Shown: positions 1-9,929, numbered from the stretch's first letter. The stretch is 54,287 bases of DNA from an uncultured Candidatus Competibacteraceae bacterium (GCA_964563515.1 CAZLYT010000496.1:1-54287); one strand, 5' to 3'. Notes: generated by a model from the letters alone, not told the origin. Translations and numbers: made by a program.

Positions 1-408
1 GTGGATGCGCACCACACCGTGGAGGATGTGGGCATCACGCTGGGACAGGCCCTTGCCCAGGCCCTTGGCGACAAGCAGGGCGTGCGGCGCTATGGCCACG
101 CTTACGTGCCGTTGGACGAGGCCTTGGCGCGGGTCGTCGTAGATCTTTCCGGTCGCCCGGGGCTAGAGATGCACGTGGACTTCCCCCGTGCCGTGGTGGC
201 TGGCTTCGATGTGGATCTGTTTCGCGAATTCTTCCAGGGATTGGTCAATCACGCTCGCCTGACGCTCCATGTGGATAGCCTGCGGGGTCGCAATACTCAT
301 CACGTGGCCGAGACGCTGTTCAAGGCCTTCGGTCGAGCGCTGCGTATGGCGGTGGAGCCGGACCCGCGAATGGAAGGGCTGACGCCCTCGACCAAGGGGG
401 TGCTCTAA
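1..408 (+). CDS. hisB: imidazoleglycerol-phosphate dehydratase, C-terminal part (5' end outside window)
   Basis: The frame is open from base 1. The translation ([17 protein letters not shown]...[18 protein letters not shown]) carries the conserved His-rich IGPD motifs. It lies directly upstream of hisH-hisA-hisF. Confidence 0.9.
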   Translation: MDAHHTVEDVGITLGQALAQALGDKQGVRRYGHAYVPLDEALARVVVDLSGRPGLEMHVDFPRAVVAGFDVDLFREFFQGLVNHARLTLHVDSLRGRNTHHVAETLFKAFGRALRMAVEPDPRMEGLTPSTKGVL

Positions 409-414
409 GTTGTC

Positions 415-1053
415 ATGAACCGCATCGCGGTCATCGACTACGGCATGGGCAATCTTCACTCCGTCGGTCGGGCGCTGCAGACGGTGGCTCCGCAGGCGCG
501 AGTGACGGTGACCGATAGCGCCCGGGAGCTACGGCGTGCCGATCGGGTGGTGTTTCCCGGCCAGGGCGCCATCGGCGTGTGTCGGCGCGAGCTGCTGCGC
601 CTCGGGCTGCTAGAAGAGGTGCTGCAGGCAGCGGCTGAGCGTCCCTTCTTCGGCATGTGCCTGGGCCCGCAAGCGCTCTTGAGCTTCAGCGAGGAGAATG
701 GCGGCACTCCCGGCTTGGGCGTATTCCCTGGCAAGGTGCTCCGATTCCCGCCCGGGCTCAGCGAGGCCGGTGAACGCCTCAAGATTCCCCATATGGGTTG
801 GAACCAGGTCGCCCAGACTCAGGCCCACCCGCTGTGGAACGGCATCGCCGACAACGCTTGGTTCTATTTCGTTCACAGCTACTATCTCTGGCCCGATGAA
901 GCCGACGTGATCGCCGGTGTCACCGAGTACGGAATGCGCTTCCCTTCCGCCATCGCGCGGGCTAACGTGTTTGCCGTGCAGTTCCATCCCGAGAAGAGCG
1001 CCAGGGATGGCCTACGGTTACTGTCCAACTTCTGTGCATGGGAGCCGAGCTGA
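415..1053 (+). CDS. hisH: imidazole glycerol phosphate synthase, glutamine amidotransferase subunit
   Basis: The 212-aa product starts MNRIAVIDYGMGNLHSV and has the GMCLG nucleophile elbow and a FHPEKS tail, typical of HisH. The ATG is 7 nt after the hisB stop. Confidence 0.93.
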   Translation: MNRIAVIDYGMGNLHSVGRALQTVAPQARVTVTDSARELRRADRVVFPGQGAIGVCRRELLRLGLLEEVLQAAAERPFFGMCLGPQALLSFSEENGGTPGLGVFPGKVLRFPPGLSEAGERLKIPHMGWNQVAQTQAHPLWNGIADNAWFYFVHSYYLWPDEADVIAGVTEYGMRFPSAIARANVFAVQFHPEKSARDGLRLLSNFCAWEPS

Positions 1054-1080
1054 GCTCGCCGCACCTCGAGAATCCCCCCA

Positions 1081-1824
1081 ATGCTCCTCATACCTGCCAT
1101 AGATCTCAAGGACGGCCAATGTGTGCGTCTTCGTCAAGGCCGTATGGAAGAGGCCACCGTGTACTCGGACAACCCGGTTGAGGTGGCGACCCGCTGGGTC
1201 GATGCCGGCGCCCGTCGGTTGCACCTAGTGGACCTGAACGGTGCATTCGCCGGAGAGCCGGTGAATGCCGAGGTTATCCAGCGCATCGTCGAAGCACATC
1301 CTGATGTGCCGGTGCAAGTGGGCGGCGGTATCCGTGATGACGATACCATCGAGAGCTACCTCAACCTGGGTGTGCAATACGTGATCCTCGGCACCAAGGC
1401 GGTACGCGATCCGCACCAGGTGAACGACTACTGCTTGCAGTACCCGGGGCATGTGATGGTGGGGCTGGATTCCCGTGACGGCCGAGTTGCAGTCGAGGGT
1501 TGGTCCAAGCTCTCGCGTCATGACGTGATCGACCTGGCGCAGCGCTTCGAACGTGACGGCGTGGTGGCCATTATCCATACCGACATTGGCCGCGACGGCA
1601 TGTTGCAAGGCATGAACCTCGAAGCCACCGTGGCGCTGGCCCAATCGGTCTCGATACCGGTGATTGCCTCCGGCGGAGTAACCAATCTGGAGGATATCCA
1701 CGCCCTCTGCCGGCGCCGCGCCGATGGTGTGGCCGGCGCCATTCTCGGGCGGGCGTTGTACGAGGGCACGGTCGATCTGCGGGAGGCGCTGGCTATCGTG
1801 GAGCGCTTCGACGGAGACCGGTGA
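1081..1824 (+). CDS. hisA: ProFAR isomerase (1-(5-phosphoribosyl)-5-[(5-phosphoribosylamino)methylideneamino]imidazole-4-carboxamide isomerase)
   Basis: The 247-aa product has the [18 protein letters not shown]-terminus and GGGIRD and SGGV motifs of the HisA barrel. Confidence 0.93.
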   Translation: MLLIPAIDLKDGQCVRLRQGRMEEATVYSDNPVEVATRWVDAGARRLHLVDLNGAFAGEPVNAEVIQRIVEAHPDVPVQVGGGIRDDDTIESYLNLGVQYVILGTKAVRDPHQVNDYCLQYPGHVMVGLDSRDGRVAVEGWSKLSRHDVIDLAQRFERDGVVAIIHTDIGRDGMLQGMNLEATVALAQSVSIPVIASGGVTNLEDIHALCRRRADGVAGAILGRALYEGTVDLREALAIVERFDGDR

Positions 1825-1825
1825 A

Positions 1826-2596
1826 GTGGCGCTCGCCAAGCGAATCATTCCATGCCTGGATGTCGATGCCGGTCGGGTGGTCAAAGGCATCAACTTTGTC
1901 GACATCCGAGACGCCGGGGACCCGGTCGAGGTGGCCGCGCGCTACGATGCCCAGGGCGCTGATGAGCTGACTTTCCTGGACATCACGGCATCCTCGGACC
2001 GACGCGATACGCTGGTTCACGTGGTCGAAGCGGTGGCTGGGCAAGTATTCATCCCGCTCACCGTCGGGGGCGGAATTCGAGCAGTGGAGGATGTGCGCCG
2101 CATGCTCAATGCCGGTGCCGACAAGGTTTCCATCAATACCGCGGCGGTGGATCGTCCCGAGTTCGTGATCGAGGCGGCCGAGCGCTTCGGCAGCCAGTGC
2201 ATCGTGGTGGCGGTGGACGCCAAGCGTGTTGCCGGCAACCAGTTGCCCCGTTGGGAGGTCTATACCCATGGCGGGCGTCGTGCCACCGGGCTGGATGCGG
2301 TGGCCTGGGCTCAGCGCATGGCCGACCATGGCGCCGGTGAGATCCTGCTGACCAGCATGGATCGGGATGGCACCAAAACAGGCTTCGACCTGGAGTTGAC
2401 CCGCGCAGTCAGCGAGGCCGTGCCGGTTCCGGTCATAGCCTCCGGGGGCGTGGGGCGGTTGGAGCATTTGGTGGCAGGCGTCCGCGAGGGTAAGGCCGAT
2501 GCGGTGCTGGCCGCGAGTATCTTCCACTTCGGCGAGTACACGATCGCCCAAGCCAAAGCCATGATGGCGCAGGCAGGCGTCACCGTGCGGCTGTGA
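1826..2596 (+). CDS. hisF: imidazole glycerol phosphate synthase, cyclase subunit
   Basis: The listed ORF starts at 1724, inside hisA. An in-frame GTG at 1826, 2 nt after the hisA TGA, gives [21 protein letters not shown], the canonical HisF N-terminus. Confidence 0.92.
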   Translation: MALAKRIIPCLDVDAGRVVKGINFVDIRDAGDPVEVAARYDAQGADELTFLDITASSDRRDTLVHVVEAVAGQVFIPLTVGGGIRAVEDVRRMLNAGADKVSINTAAVDRPEFVIEAAERFGSQCIVVAVDAKRVAGNQLPRWEVYTHGGRRATGLDAVAWAQRMADHGAGEILLTSMDRDGTKTGFDLELTRAVSEAVPVPVIASGGVGRLEHLVAGVREGKADAVLAASIFHFGEYTIAQAKAMMAQAGVTVRL

Positions 2597-2937
2597 CCGA
2601 ACCCAGCATGTCAGCCACCGGCGACGAGGTCATTCGGGCGTTGGCGCGAGTGCTAGAGGCGCGGCGCCACGCAGACCCTGGGCAGTCCTATGTGGCCAGC
2701 CTCTATGCCCGCGGTTTGGACACGATCTTGAAGAAGGTGGGCGAGGAAGCCCTGGAAACCGTGCTCGCCGCCAAGTGCGGTGATCACGATGAACTGGTGC
2801 ACGAGACGGCGGACCTCTGGTTCCATACGCTCGTGCTACTGACATACAAGGGTGTCGACCCGGAGCAGGTGCTGACCCAATTGGCGCGCCGCTTCGGCGT
2901 ATCGGGGCATGAGGAAAAGGCCGCCCGGGGCCGCTGA
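2593..2937 (+). CDS. hisE: phosphoribosyl-ATP pyrophosphatase (monofunctional HisE)
   Basis: The product has the [26 protein letters not shown]...[13 protein letters not shown] HisE/MazG-like signature. GTG 2593 overlaps the hisF TGA (GTGA). The alternative ATG at 2608 would give 109 aa. No HisI cyclohydrolase domain is present. Confidence 0.88.
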   Translation: MTEPSMSATGDEVIRALARVLEARRHADPGQSYVASLYARGLDTILKKVGEEALETVLAAKCGDHDELVHETADLWFHTLVLLTYKGVDPEQVLTQLARRFGVSGHEEKAARGR

Positions 2938-2961
2938 CCGGGTGTTAGCGCGAGGTGCGTC

Positions 2962-3249
2962 ATGGGAATCAGTATCTGGCAGCTGCTCATCATCTTGGCC
3001 ATTGTGCTGGTGGTGTTCGGAGCCAAGCGGCTGCGCAACCTGGGCGGTGATCTGGGTTCGGCGGTCAAGAACTTTCGCGAAGCGATCCGTGACAGCGGCG
3101 GCGGCGACGAGGAGAAGGCTTCTGCAGACCAGCTCGAGCACGACCAAGGAGAGGTGATCGAGGGCGAGGCCAGTAGATCCTCCACCTCCACCACCACCAC
3201 CGATAAGGCCAAGGAGCACGACAAGGCCAAGGAGCACGACAAGGTTTGA
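2962..3249 (+). CDS. tatA: twin-arginine translocase subunit TatA
   Basis: The N-terminus [32 protein letters not shown] is the TatA TM plus amphipathic helix. A GAGGTG SD lies upstream. The acidic, repeat-containing tail ends in (DKAKEH)2DKV. Confidence 0.93.
   Translation: MGISIWQLLIILAIVLVVFGAKRLRNLGGDLGSAVKNFREAIRDSGGGDEEKASADQLEHDQGEVIEGEASRSSTSTTTTDKAKEHDKAKEHDKV
3202..3244 (+). repeat. 18-bp in-frame tandem repeat (2.4 copies) at the 3' end of tatA
   Basis: The units are GATAAGGCCAAGGAGCAC (3202-3219), GACAAGGCCAAGGAGCAC (3220-3237) and GACAAGG (3238-3244). They encode [14 protein letters not shown]. Confidence 0.95.
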
Positions 3250-3275
3250 GCGGTTGAGACGCAGGAGACATCGCA

Positions 3276-3710
3276 TTGTTCGACATCGGCTTCTGGGAGC
3301 TGACCCTGATCATGGTGATCGTGTTGATCGTCGTGGGGCCCGAACGTTTGCCCAGCATGGCTCGTACTGCAGGGGTGTGGATCTCGAAAATTCGCCGCAT
3401 GGTGGGCGACGTGAAAGCCGAGGTGGAGCGAGAGCTGCGCTCCGAGGAGCTGCGGGGGAACCTGCAGAAAGGCACTTTGGATGAGCTGAAGCGGGTTGCT
3501 GGCGACGTGCGCACCATCGGCCGAGACCTGCATCGGGATGTGGCCGAATCGGAGAAAAAATCCAAGCCCACACCTGGGCTCGGCAAGTCCGATCCCCCAA
3601 CTGCCAGCGCCCAGAGGGGCGCATCGCAGGATCCGTCGCCGACTTCTAGCTCGGGCGCCGAGCCCGAGGCGCAGCAGCCGGCGCCAAGAGCCGAGGGCGA
3701 ATCGAGGTAA
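3276..3710 (+). CDS. tatB: twin-arginine translocase subunit TatB
   Basis: A TTG start is preceded by GGAGA. The product MFDIGFWELTLIMVIVLIVVGPERLP is the TatB signature, and the gene sits between tatA and tatC. Confidence 0.9.
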   Translation: MFDIGFWELTLIMVIVLIVVGPERLPSMARTAGVWISKIRRMVGDVKAEVERELRSEELRGNLQKGTLDELKRVAGDVRTIGRDLHRDVAESEKKSKPTPGLGKSDPPTASAQRGASQDPSPTSSSGAEPEAQQPAPRAEGESR

Positions 3711-3716
3711 GGAGGC

Positions 3717-4568
3717 GTGATCAACGACGGGGTGGACAAAGAGCAACCCTTCGTAGCGCATCTGATAGAGCTGCGTGATCGATTGCTGCGTATCGTCATC
3801 GCGGTCATCGGCGTATTTCTGCTGCTTTCACCCTTTGCGAACCACATTTACACCCTGCTGGCCGGCCCGCTACTCGCACATCTGCCGGCCGGCAGCAGCA
3901 TGATCGCCATCGACGTGGCATCTCCCTTTCTGACGCCTTTCAAGCTCACCCTGGTGCTGGCGCTGTTTCTGACCATTCCGTGGACGCTCTATCAGATTTG
4001 GGCATTTGTGGCCCCGGGCCTCTATCTTCACGAGCGTCGTTTGGTGATGCCGTTGCTGCTCTCGAGCACGGCGCTGTTCTACTGCGGGATGGCCTTTGCC
4101 TATTTCGTGGTGTTTCCAATCCTGTTCAACTTCCTGATCGGATTCGCCCCCCAAGGCGTTTCCGTGATGACCGACATCAGCCGCTATCTCGACTTCGTGC
4201 TCACCATTTTCTTTGCCTTCGGTGTGGCCTTCGAGGTGCCGGTGGCCACGGTATTGCTGGTGTTGGTGGGAGTCACGACGCCGGAGGCGCTGGCCGCCAA
4301 GCGACCGTACTTCGTGGTCGCTGCGTTCGTGGTGGGCATGCTGCTGACACCCCCGGATGTGATCTCACAAACTCTGCTCGCCATCCCTATGTGGATCCTG
4401 TTCGAGATCGGCTTGATCTGCTCCAAGCTCATGATACGGCGCCGAAAGGAGGCGGCCGCCGCCGCGGCGCGCCCCTCAGACGACGACTTCGCCACCACAT
4501 CCGATGACGCGCCCGCTGGCGTTGAGCCCGAAAACAAGCGCCAGGAATCCCCGCCCACCCAATCCTGA
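3717..4568 (+). CDS. tatC: twin-arginine translocase subunit TatC
   Basis: A GTG start is preceded by AAGGAGG. The 283-aa polytopic membrane protein has [14 protein letters not shown] and [10 protein letters not shown] TatC motifs. Confidence 0.93.
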   Translation: MINDGVDKEQPFVAHLIELRDRLLRIVIAVIGVFLLLSPFANHIYTLLAGPLLAHLPAGSSMIAIDVASPFLTPFKLTLVLALFLTIPWTLYQIWAFVAPGLYLHERRLVMPLLLSSTALFYCGMAFAYFVVFPILFNFLIGFAPQGVSVMTDISRYLDFVLTIFFAFGVAFEVPVATVLLVLVGVTTPEALAAKRPYFVVAAFVVGMLLTPPDVISQTLLAIPMWILFEIGLICSKLMIRRRKEAAAAAARPSDDDFATTSDDAPAGVEPENKRQESPPTQS

Positions 4569-4678
4569 GGTGGATTTCGCATCCGCTCCTGCTAGTGTTT
4601 CTGTTCACGGCATCGCCTGCCATCCCACCGGCACTGCCATGGGCGCAGCGCCAGTAACCACGACGAGGAGTAAGAACT

Positions 4679-5401
4679 ATGGGACGCGTAGCACTGGTAA
4701 CCGGCGGAACTCGCGGCATCGGCGAGGGCATTTCTGTCGAGCTCAAGGAAGCGGGATATTCGGTAGCAGCCAACTACGGGGGAAACGAGGAGGCGGCGAA
4801 AGCGTTCACTGAGCGCAGCGGGATCCCCACCTACAAGTTCGATGCGGGGGACTTTGAGCAGTGCCAAGCCGCAGTCAAGCGGATCGAGTCCGATCTAGGG
4901 CCCATCGAGGTACTGGTCAACAATGCCGGCATCACCCGCGACGGGTTCATGCACAAGATGTCCAAGGAAAATTGGGATGACGTGATCCGTGTCGATCTCA
5001 ACTCCTGCTTCTACTTGAGTCGGTGTGTGATAGAAGGCATGCGCGAGCGAGGCTTCGGGCGCATCATCAGCATTAGCTCGGTGAACGGCGTGGCCGGACA
5101 GGCGGGACAAACCAACTACTCGGCGGCCAAGGCGGGCATCATCGGCTTTACCAAGGCGCTGGCAAAGGAGGGGGCCGGAAAGGGGATTACCGCCAACGTG
5201 ATTGCCCCGGGCTACATCGACACGGAGATGGTGCGAGCGGTGCCAGAGGATGTCCTGCAGAAGATCATCAAGACCATCCCCCGGGGGCGGCTCGGCACTA
5301 CCCACGACATTGCCCGCGCCGTAGCGTTTCTGGCCGCTGACGACGCGGATTGGATCTCCGGCTCGACCCTCAACATCAACGGCGGTCAGCACATGTTCTG
5401 A
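4679..5401 (+). CDS. phbB: acetoacetyl-CoA reductase (PhaB-type short-chain dehydrogenase)
   Basis: The 240-aa SDR has TGGTRGIG, NNAGITRD and ISSVNG..GQ.GQTNYSAAKAG motifs and the ...NGGQHMF C-terminus, characteristic of PhaB rather than FabG. An AGGAG SD is present. Confidence 0.8.
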   Translation: MGRVALVTGGTRGIGEGISVELKEAGYSVAANYGGNEEAAKAFTERSGIPTYKFDAGDFEQCQAAVKRIESDLGPIEVLVNNAGITRDGFMHKMSKENWDDVIRVDLNSCFYLSRCVIEGMRERGFGRIISISSVNGVAGQAGQTNYSAAKAGIIGFTKALAKEGAGKGITANVIAPGYIDTEMVRAVPEDVLQKIIKTIPRGRLGTTHDIARAVAFLAADDADWISGSTLNINGGQHMF

Positions 5402-5407
5402 TGGCGT

Positions 5408-5440
5408 TGCCTGGCCGGCCGCGGACGGGTCGGCCAGGCG
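5408..5440. terminator. hairpin between convergent phbB and tesA
   Basis: CCTGGCCG (5410-5417) pairs with CGGCCAGG (5431-5438). The stem is extendable on both sides to about 13 bp around a 7-nt loop. There is no U tract. Confidence 0.45.
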
Positions 5441-5467
5441 CCGCACCAGCTCTTGGCCGCAGGAGCA

Positions 5468-6109
5468 CTACTGCTTCAGCAGTGGCTGCAGTACCGACCA
5501 CACGTTTTCCAGCAGTCTCGGTTGGGCCTCGGCAGTGGGGTGAATGCCGTCGTCTTGCACCAGTTGGGTGTCGGTCGCTACGCCCTCCATGAGGAAGGGC
5601 ACCAGCGCCACGTCGAAGCGTTCAGCCAGGGAAGGATATACTGCAGCCAATCGTTCGGTGTAGGCCGGGCCGTAGTTGGGCGGAATACGGATGCCGATCA
5701 ACAACACCCGGGCGCCGGCATCTTGGCTGGTCTCGATCATGGCTGCCAGATTGTCCTCCACCAGCCCCGGAGGTTGGCCACGAAGCCCATCGTTTCCGCC
5801 CAGCTCGAGCAGCACCAGTTCCGGTCGCTCACGGGCCAGAGCCAACGGTAGCCGCGACCGTCCCCCGCTGGTGGTGTCGCCGCTGATGCTGGCATTGACG
5901 ACCTGGTAGTCGTAGCCCTCTTCGGCGAGCCGCTGCTGCAGCAGCGCCACCCAACCTTGCTGCAGCGCAATACCGTATCCAGCGCTCAGGCTATCGCCCA
6001 GCACCAGGATGGTTCGATCGCCGACGGCGGTCGCTACCGGAGCTGCTATCAGCCAGCACAGCAGCCACAGGTAGCCGAGTGCCGGCCCTGGCCTCCGCCA
6101 CCCGCTCAT
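5468..6109 (-). CDS. tesA: SGNH/GDSL arylesterase, thioesterase I / lysophospholipase L1 family
   Basis: The product has a signal-peptide-like N-terminus followed by ILVLGDSLSAGYG, GGNDGLRG and DGIHP blocks, typical of TesA. Its ATG overlaps the stop of the upstream MOSC gene (ATGA at 6106-6109). Confidence 0.85.
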   Translation of the reverse strand: MSGWRRPGPALGYLWLLCWLIAAPVATAVGDRTILVLGDSLSAGYGIALQQGWVALLQQRLAEEGYDYQVVNASISGDTTSGGRSRLPLALARERPELVLLELGGNDGLRGQPPGLVEDNLAAMIETSQDAGARVLLIGIRIPPNYGPAYTERLAAVYPSLAERFDVALVPFLMEGVATDTQLVQDDGIHPTAEAQPRLLENVWSVLQPLLKQ

Positions 6110-6927
6110 GCGATCACCTCTACTGAGTCGCCGACCCGCAACCTACCACTGGGCTGCAGTTGCACCACATTCTGTCCGAAGTAGACTCCGGTGTCGGGAC
6201 CGATACGGCGAAACGTTGCCAGCGTCCGCAACGGTTCCTTGCCATCGCGCACACCGCGCTCTTGATCGGTGGTGGTAATGGCGCATCGAGCGCAGGGCGC
6301 CGCCACCGCGAAGCGCTGCCCGCCCACGCGAAGCTCACGCCAGCGGTCCTCGGCAAACGCAGCGCACCCGCTGACGACGATGTTGGGCCGGAAACGGTTC
6401 ATGGGCAGTGGTTGGGGCAGTCTAGTATTGAGCTCCGCCAGCGAGGCCTCGGAGATCAGCAGGAAGGGATAGGCGTCGGCGAATGCCGCCGACACACCGG
6501 GCGGGGCTCCCGGATCCTGCTTCAACGGACGCTGATGGCCTTGCCCGATTCGAACGAGCTGGGCGGCGCGCCCGAGCACCCTTTCGAGCCAAGCGGCGGG
6601 CGCATCCCCGGCATCTGCGGCCGGGACGCGATCGTTCCACACTCTGACGTGCCATCGTGCCGGCGCCTGGGGCGCAGGAACCAGCAGGGGCTCAAAACCC
6701 TCGGCATTCAGTCGCAGCGAACCCTCTGGCGCCAGCCGTGGCGCGACGCGGGCCAGCCGTGGCAGTTCCCGCTGGGTGATGAAGTCGCCCTCGGGGGAGA
6801 CAATCATCCAGCGCCGGTCGTTGAGGAGGCCGTGAGCATCGTAACGCGTACCTGCAACAGCATGGCCACGGCACGACTTCACCGGGTACCGGTAGAGCGC
6901 TGAAATGGTGGCTGTTTGAATAGTCAT
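6106..6927 (-). CDS. MOSC domain protein (YcbX-like, without C-terminal ferredoxin domain)
   Basis: The listed ORF extends to 7032. The internal ATG at 6927 gives MTIQTATISALYRYPVKSCRG, the usual MOSC_N start. The downstream ..FRPNIVVSG..CARCAITT.. block is the MOSC motif. The product ends at RVGDSVEVIA with no 2Fe-2S domain. Confidence 0.85.
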   Translation of the reverse strand: MTIQTATISALYRYPVKSCRGHAVAGTRYDAHGLLNDRRWMIVSPEGDFITQRELPRLARVAPRLAPEGSLRLNAEGFEPLLVPAPQAPARWHVRVWNDRVPAADAGDAPAAWLERVLGRAAQLVRIGQGHQRPLKQDPGAPPGVSAAFADAYPFLLISEASLAELNTRLPQPLPMNRFRPNIVVSGCAAFAEDRWRELRVGGQRFAVAAPCARCAITTTDQERGVRDGKEPLRTLATFRRIGPDTGVYFGQNVVQLQPSGRLRVGDSVEVIA

Positions 6928-7153
6928 GGCCGCATTGGGCTCCGAGCAGGGTGCGATATCGACTCTAGTCGCGGTGATGGTAGCCGTGATGCCAGTGCGC
7001 GGTAGCTTTAACTTCAGCGCGGTGCAGGCCATGCTCGGCGGCGGTCAGCGCTGGCGCGAGCGATACGGCCACGGTCCAGCGACCCTCCGTGGCTGCGGCC
7101 GTAGGGTCTTCGATGCGCCAGCGCGCCAGTGGGCGCGCCCAAGGGTGGGGCGG

Positions 7154-7173
7154 CCGCAGAGGGCAGCCTGCGG
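7154..7173 (-). terminator. weak hairpin just downstream of ahcY
   Basis: CCGCAG and CTGCGG form a 6-bp stem with an 8-nt loop, 12 nt after the ahcY stop. There is no U tract. Confidence 0.25.
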
Positions 7174-7184
7174 AATTGGGGATA

Positions 7185-8600
7185 TCAGTAGCGGTAGGCG
7201 TCGGACTTGTAGGGGCCCTGCATCGGGACACCGATGTAGTCCGCCTGGCGCTGTGTGAGGTGGGTGAGCTTGGCGCCTACCTTGGTTAGATGCAGGCGGG
7301 CTACTTCCTCGTCCAGATGCTTGGGCAACACGTACACCCGTTTCTGGTAGCGTTCCGGATGTTGCCACAGCTCCATTTGTGCCAGCACCTGGTTGGTGAA
7401 TGAGTTGGACATCACGAAGCTGGGATGGCCGGTGGCGCAGCCCAGGTTGACCAAGCGGCCTTCCGCCAGCAGGATGATGCGCTTGCCGTCGGGGAACTCG
7501 ATGTGGTCCACCTGGGGCTTCACGTTCTCCCAGCGGTACTGGCGCAAACCGGCAACATCGATCTCACTGTCGAAGTGGCCGATATTGCACACGATGGCCT
7601 GGTCTTTCATGGCGCACATGTGGTCGTGGGTAATCACGTCTACATTGCCGGTGGCGGTGACGAAGATATCCCCCATCGCTGCGGACTCGTCCATGGTCAC
7701 GACCCGGTAGCCTTCCATGGCGGCCTGCAGCGCGCAGATGGGATCGATCTCGGTGACCCAGACCGTGGCCCCCAGGCCCCGCAACGACTGGGCACAGCCT
7801 TTGCCGACATCGCCGAAGCCGAGTACCACTGCGATCTTGCCGGCAATCATCACGTCGGTTGCGCGCTTGATCCCGTCAACCAGTGATTCACGGCAGCCGT
7901 AGAGGTTGTCGAACTTGGCCTTGGTGACGGAATCATTGACGTTGATGGCGGCAAACGGCAGCTCGCCCTTGCGCTCCATCTGATACAGGCGGTGGACGCC
8001 CGTGGTGGTCTCTTCGCTGACGCCGCGAATCCCCTGCTGGAGCTCGCCGTAGCAGCCGGGTCGGCTCTCCAAGCGTCGCCGGATGGCGGCGAACAAGACT
8101 CGCTCCTCATCGTTTCCGGGGTTCGCGAGCACTGCCGGATCGCGCTCTGCCTTGGCGCCCAAGGTCACCAGCAGGGTGGCGTCGCCGCCGTCGTCCAAAA
8201 TCAGGTTCGGTAACGCACCGTCGGACCACTCCAGGATTCGATGGGTGAACTCCCAGTATTCCTCCAAGCTTTCTCCCTTGTAGGCGAATACGGGAACGCC
8301 ACGCTCGGCAATGGCTGCGGCGGCATGGTCCTGGGTCGAGAAGATGTTGCAGGAGGCCCAGCGCACCTCGGCGCCGAGCTCCACTAGGGTCTCGATCAAG
8401 ACCGCTGTCTGAATGGTCATGTGCAGCGAGCCCGCGATGCGCGCCCCGCGCAAGGGTAGCTGATCCCGATACTTGGCGCGCACGGCCATGAGGCCCGGCA
8501 TCTCGGTCTCGGCAATTCGGATCTCGCGGCGGCCCCAGCCGGCCAGGGAAAGGTCCGCAACCTGGTAGTCCGGCGCAATTTGTTTTGCGGGCTGGCTCAT
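7185..8600 (-). CDS. ahcY: adenosylhomocysteinase
   Basis: The product is 471 aa from ATG 8600, preceded by GGAGA. The sequence [27 protein letters not shown]...GFGDVGKG...SDAYRY is unmistakably SAH hydrolase. Confidence 0.95.
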   Translation of the reverse strand: MSQPAKQIAPDYQVADLSLAGWGRREIRIAETEMPGLMAVRAKYRDQLPLRGARIAGSLHMTIQTAVLIETLVELGAEVRWASCNIFSTQDHAAAAIAERGVPVFAYKGESLEEYWEFTHRILEWSDGALPNLILDDGGDATLLVTLGAKAERDPAVLANPGNDEERVLFAAIRRRLESRPGCYGELQQGIRGVSEETTTGVHRLYQMERKGELPFAAINVNDSVTKAKFDNLYGCRESLVDGIKRATDVMIAGKIAVVLGFGDVGKGCAQSLRGLGATVWVTEIDPICALQAAMEGYRVVTMDESAAMGDIFVTATGNVDVITHDHMCAMKDQAIVCNIGHFDSEIDVAGLRQYRWENVKPQVDHIEFPDGKRIILLAEGRLVNLGCATGHPSFVMSNSFTNQVLAQMELWQHPERYQKRVYVLPKHLDEEVARLHLTKVGAKLTHLTQRQADYIGVPMQGPYKSDAYRY

Positions 8601-8688
8601 GTGCAGTTCTCCAAACATCTACAGCGGAATGACGAGTTCTCTCGGACCGCTGCGACGCATTCGCGTTCTATGGAAAATGGTCGTGGTC

Positions 8689-9858
8689 TCAGAGCCCGGC
8701 CTCCGAGCGCAGCAGCTCCGCCTTGTCAGTCCGCTCCCAGCTGAATTCCGGCTCCTCGCGTCCGAAGTGGCCGTAGCTCGAGGTCTTGCGGTAGATGGGG
8801 CGAATCAGGTCCAACATCTGAACCAGGCCGTAGGGTCTGAGATCAAAGTGGGCGCGCACCAGCGCTTCGATTCGCTCCTCGGGTACGTGGGCGGTGCCGA
8901 AGGTCTCGATGGCGATGGAGGTGGGCTCTGCCACACCGATGGCGTACGACACCTGAACCTCGCAGCGGTCGGCAAGGCCAGCTGCCACCAGGTTCTTGGC
9001 CACGTAGCGGGCGGCGTAGGCAGCCGAACGATCGACTTTGGAGGGGTCTTTGCCGGAAAATGCGCCGCCCCCGTGGCGCGAGGCGCCACCGTAGGTGTCG
9101 ACGATGATCTTACGGCCGGTCAAGCCGCAGTCCCCTACCGGCCCGCCAATGACGAAGCGACCAGTGGGATTGATGTGAAAGCGGGTGTCGCGGCGCAACC
9201 ACTCGGCGGGCAGTACCGGCTGGACGATATTTTCCATCACCGCCTCGCGCAGGTGCGCCTGGTCGATCTCCGGGTCGTGCTGGGTGGAGAGAACCACCGC
9301 CGCAATGCCGGCGATGCGGCCGTCCTCGTAGTGAAAAGTGACCTGACTCTTGGCGTCGGGCCGCAGCCAGGGCAGCACGCCGGTGGTCCTCATCTCGGCC
9401 TGCCGCTGCACCAGCCGGTGAGCGTAGGTGATGGGGGCCGGCATCAGCACATCGGTTTCGTTGGTGGCGTAGCCGAACATGAGTCCTTGATCGCCAGCAC
9501 CCTGATTCTCGGGCAGCTCCCGATCCACCCCTTGTGCGATGTCTACCGCTTGTTTGCCCAGTAACGACATGACCGCGCAGGTGGAGCCGTCGAAGCCCAC
9601 TGCGGAGCTGGTGTAACCGATGTCACAGACGACCGAGCGCACCAGGTCATCCAGGTCTACCCAGGCCTCGGTGGTGACCTCCCCGGCCACGATGACCGCA
9701 CCTGTCTTGATCAAGGTCTCGCAAGCGACGCGAGCGCGACTCGGGTTGGGATCCAAGGTCAGAACGGCATCCAGCACCGCGTCGGAAATCTGGTCGGCCA
9801 TCTTGTCGGGGTGGCCCTCGGAAACCGACTCGGAGGTGAATAGATAGCTGCGACTCAT
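8689..9858 (-). CDS. metK: S-adenosylmethionine synthetase
   Basis: The internal ATG at 9858 gives [26 protein letters not shown], the canonical MetK start. The listed 427-aa ORF is over-extended. Confidence 0.95.
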   Translation of the reverse strand: MSRSYLFTSESVSEGHPDKMADQISDAVLDAVLTLDPNPSRARVACETLIKTGAVIVAGEVTTEAWVDLDDLVRSVVCDIGYTSSAVGFDGSTCAVMSLLGKQAVDIAQGVDRELPENQGAGDQGLMFGYATNETDVLMPAPITYAHRLVQRQAEMRTTGVLPWLRPDAKSQVTFHYEDGRIAGIAAVVLSTQHDPEIDQAHLREAVMENIVQPVLPAEWLRRDTRFHINPTGRFVIGGPVGDCGLTGRKIIVDTYGGASRHGGGAFSGKDPSKVDRSAAYAARYVAKNLVAAGLADRCEVQVSYAIGVAEPTSIAIETFGTAHVPEERIEALVRAHFDLRPYGLVQMLDLIRPIYRKTSSYGHFGREEPEFSWERTDKAELLRSEAGL

Positions 9859-9929
9859 TGCGTCATTTACTCCAACCCCAGGGGGAAACCAGTGCGGCGC
9901 CGACGGCCTGCACGGCGGCAAGCTTCGGG

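Noticed and set aside
6926-7258. The 110-aa plus-strand ORF in the ahcY-MOSC spacer.
   Set aside because: It runs antisense into the ahcY 3' end, becomes Arg/Gly-rich junk after about 40 codons, and has no SD.
8599-9564. Long antisense or alternate-frame ORFs. Examples are 8599..9564 +, 2784..3761 -, 19213..20055 +, 40330..41268 +, 41281..42348 +, 43023..43805 +, 47454..48437 -, 49599..50366 - and 53206..54117 -.
   Set aside because: Each lies entirely opposite to, or out of frame with, a strongly recognisable housekeeping gene. Each translates to Arg/Pro/Gly/Ala-rich low-complexity sequence and lacks SD motifs. This is the typical shadow-ORF behaviour of GC-rich DNA.
9859-9929. Possible SAM riboswitch in the metK leader.
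   Set aside because: The leader from the candidate promoter is only about 65 nt. I cannot find the conserved cores of the SAM-I, SAM-II or SAM-V classes. Only a short CGCCG/CGGCG stem is present.
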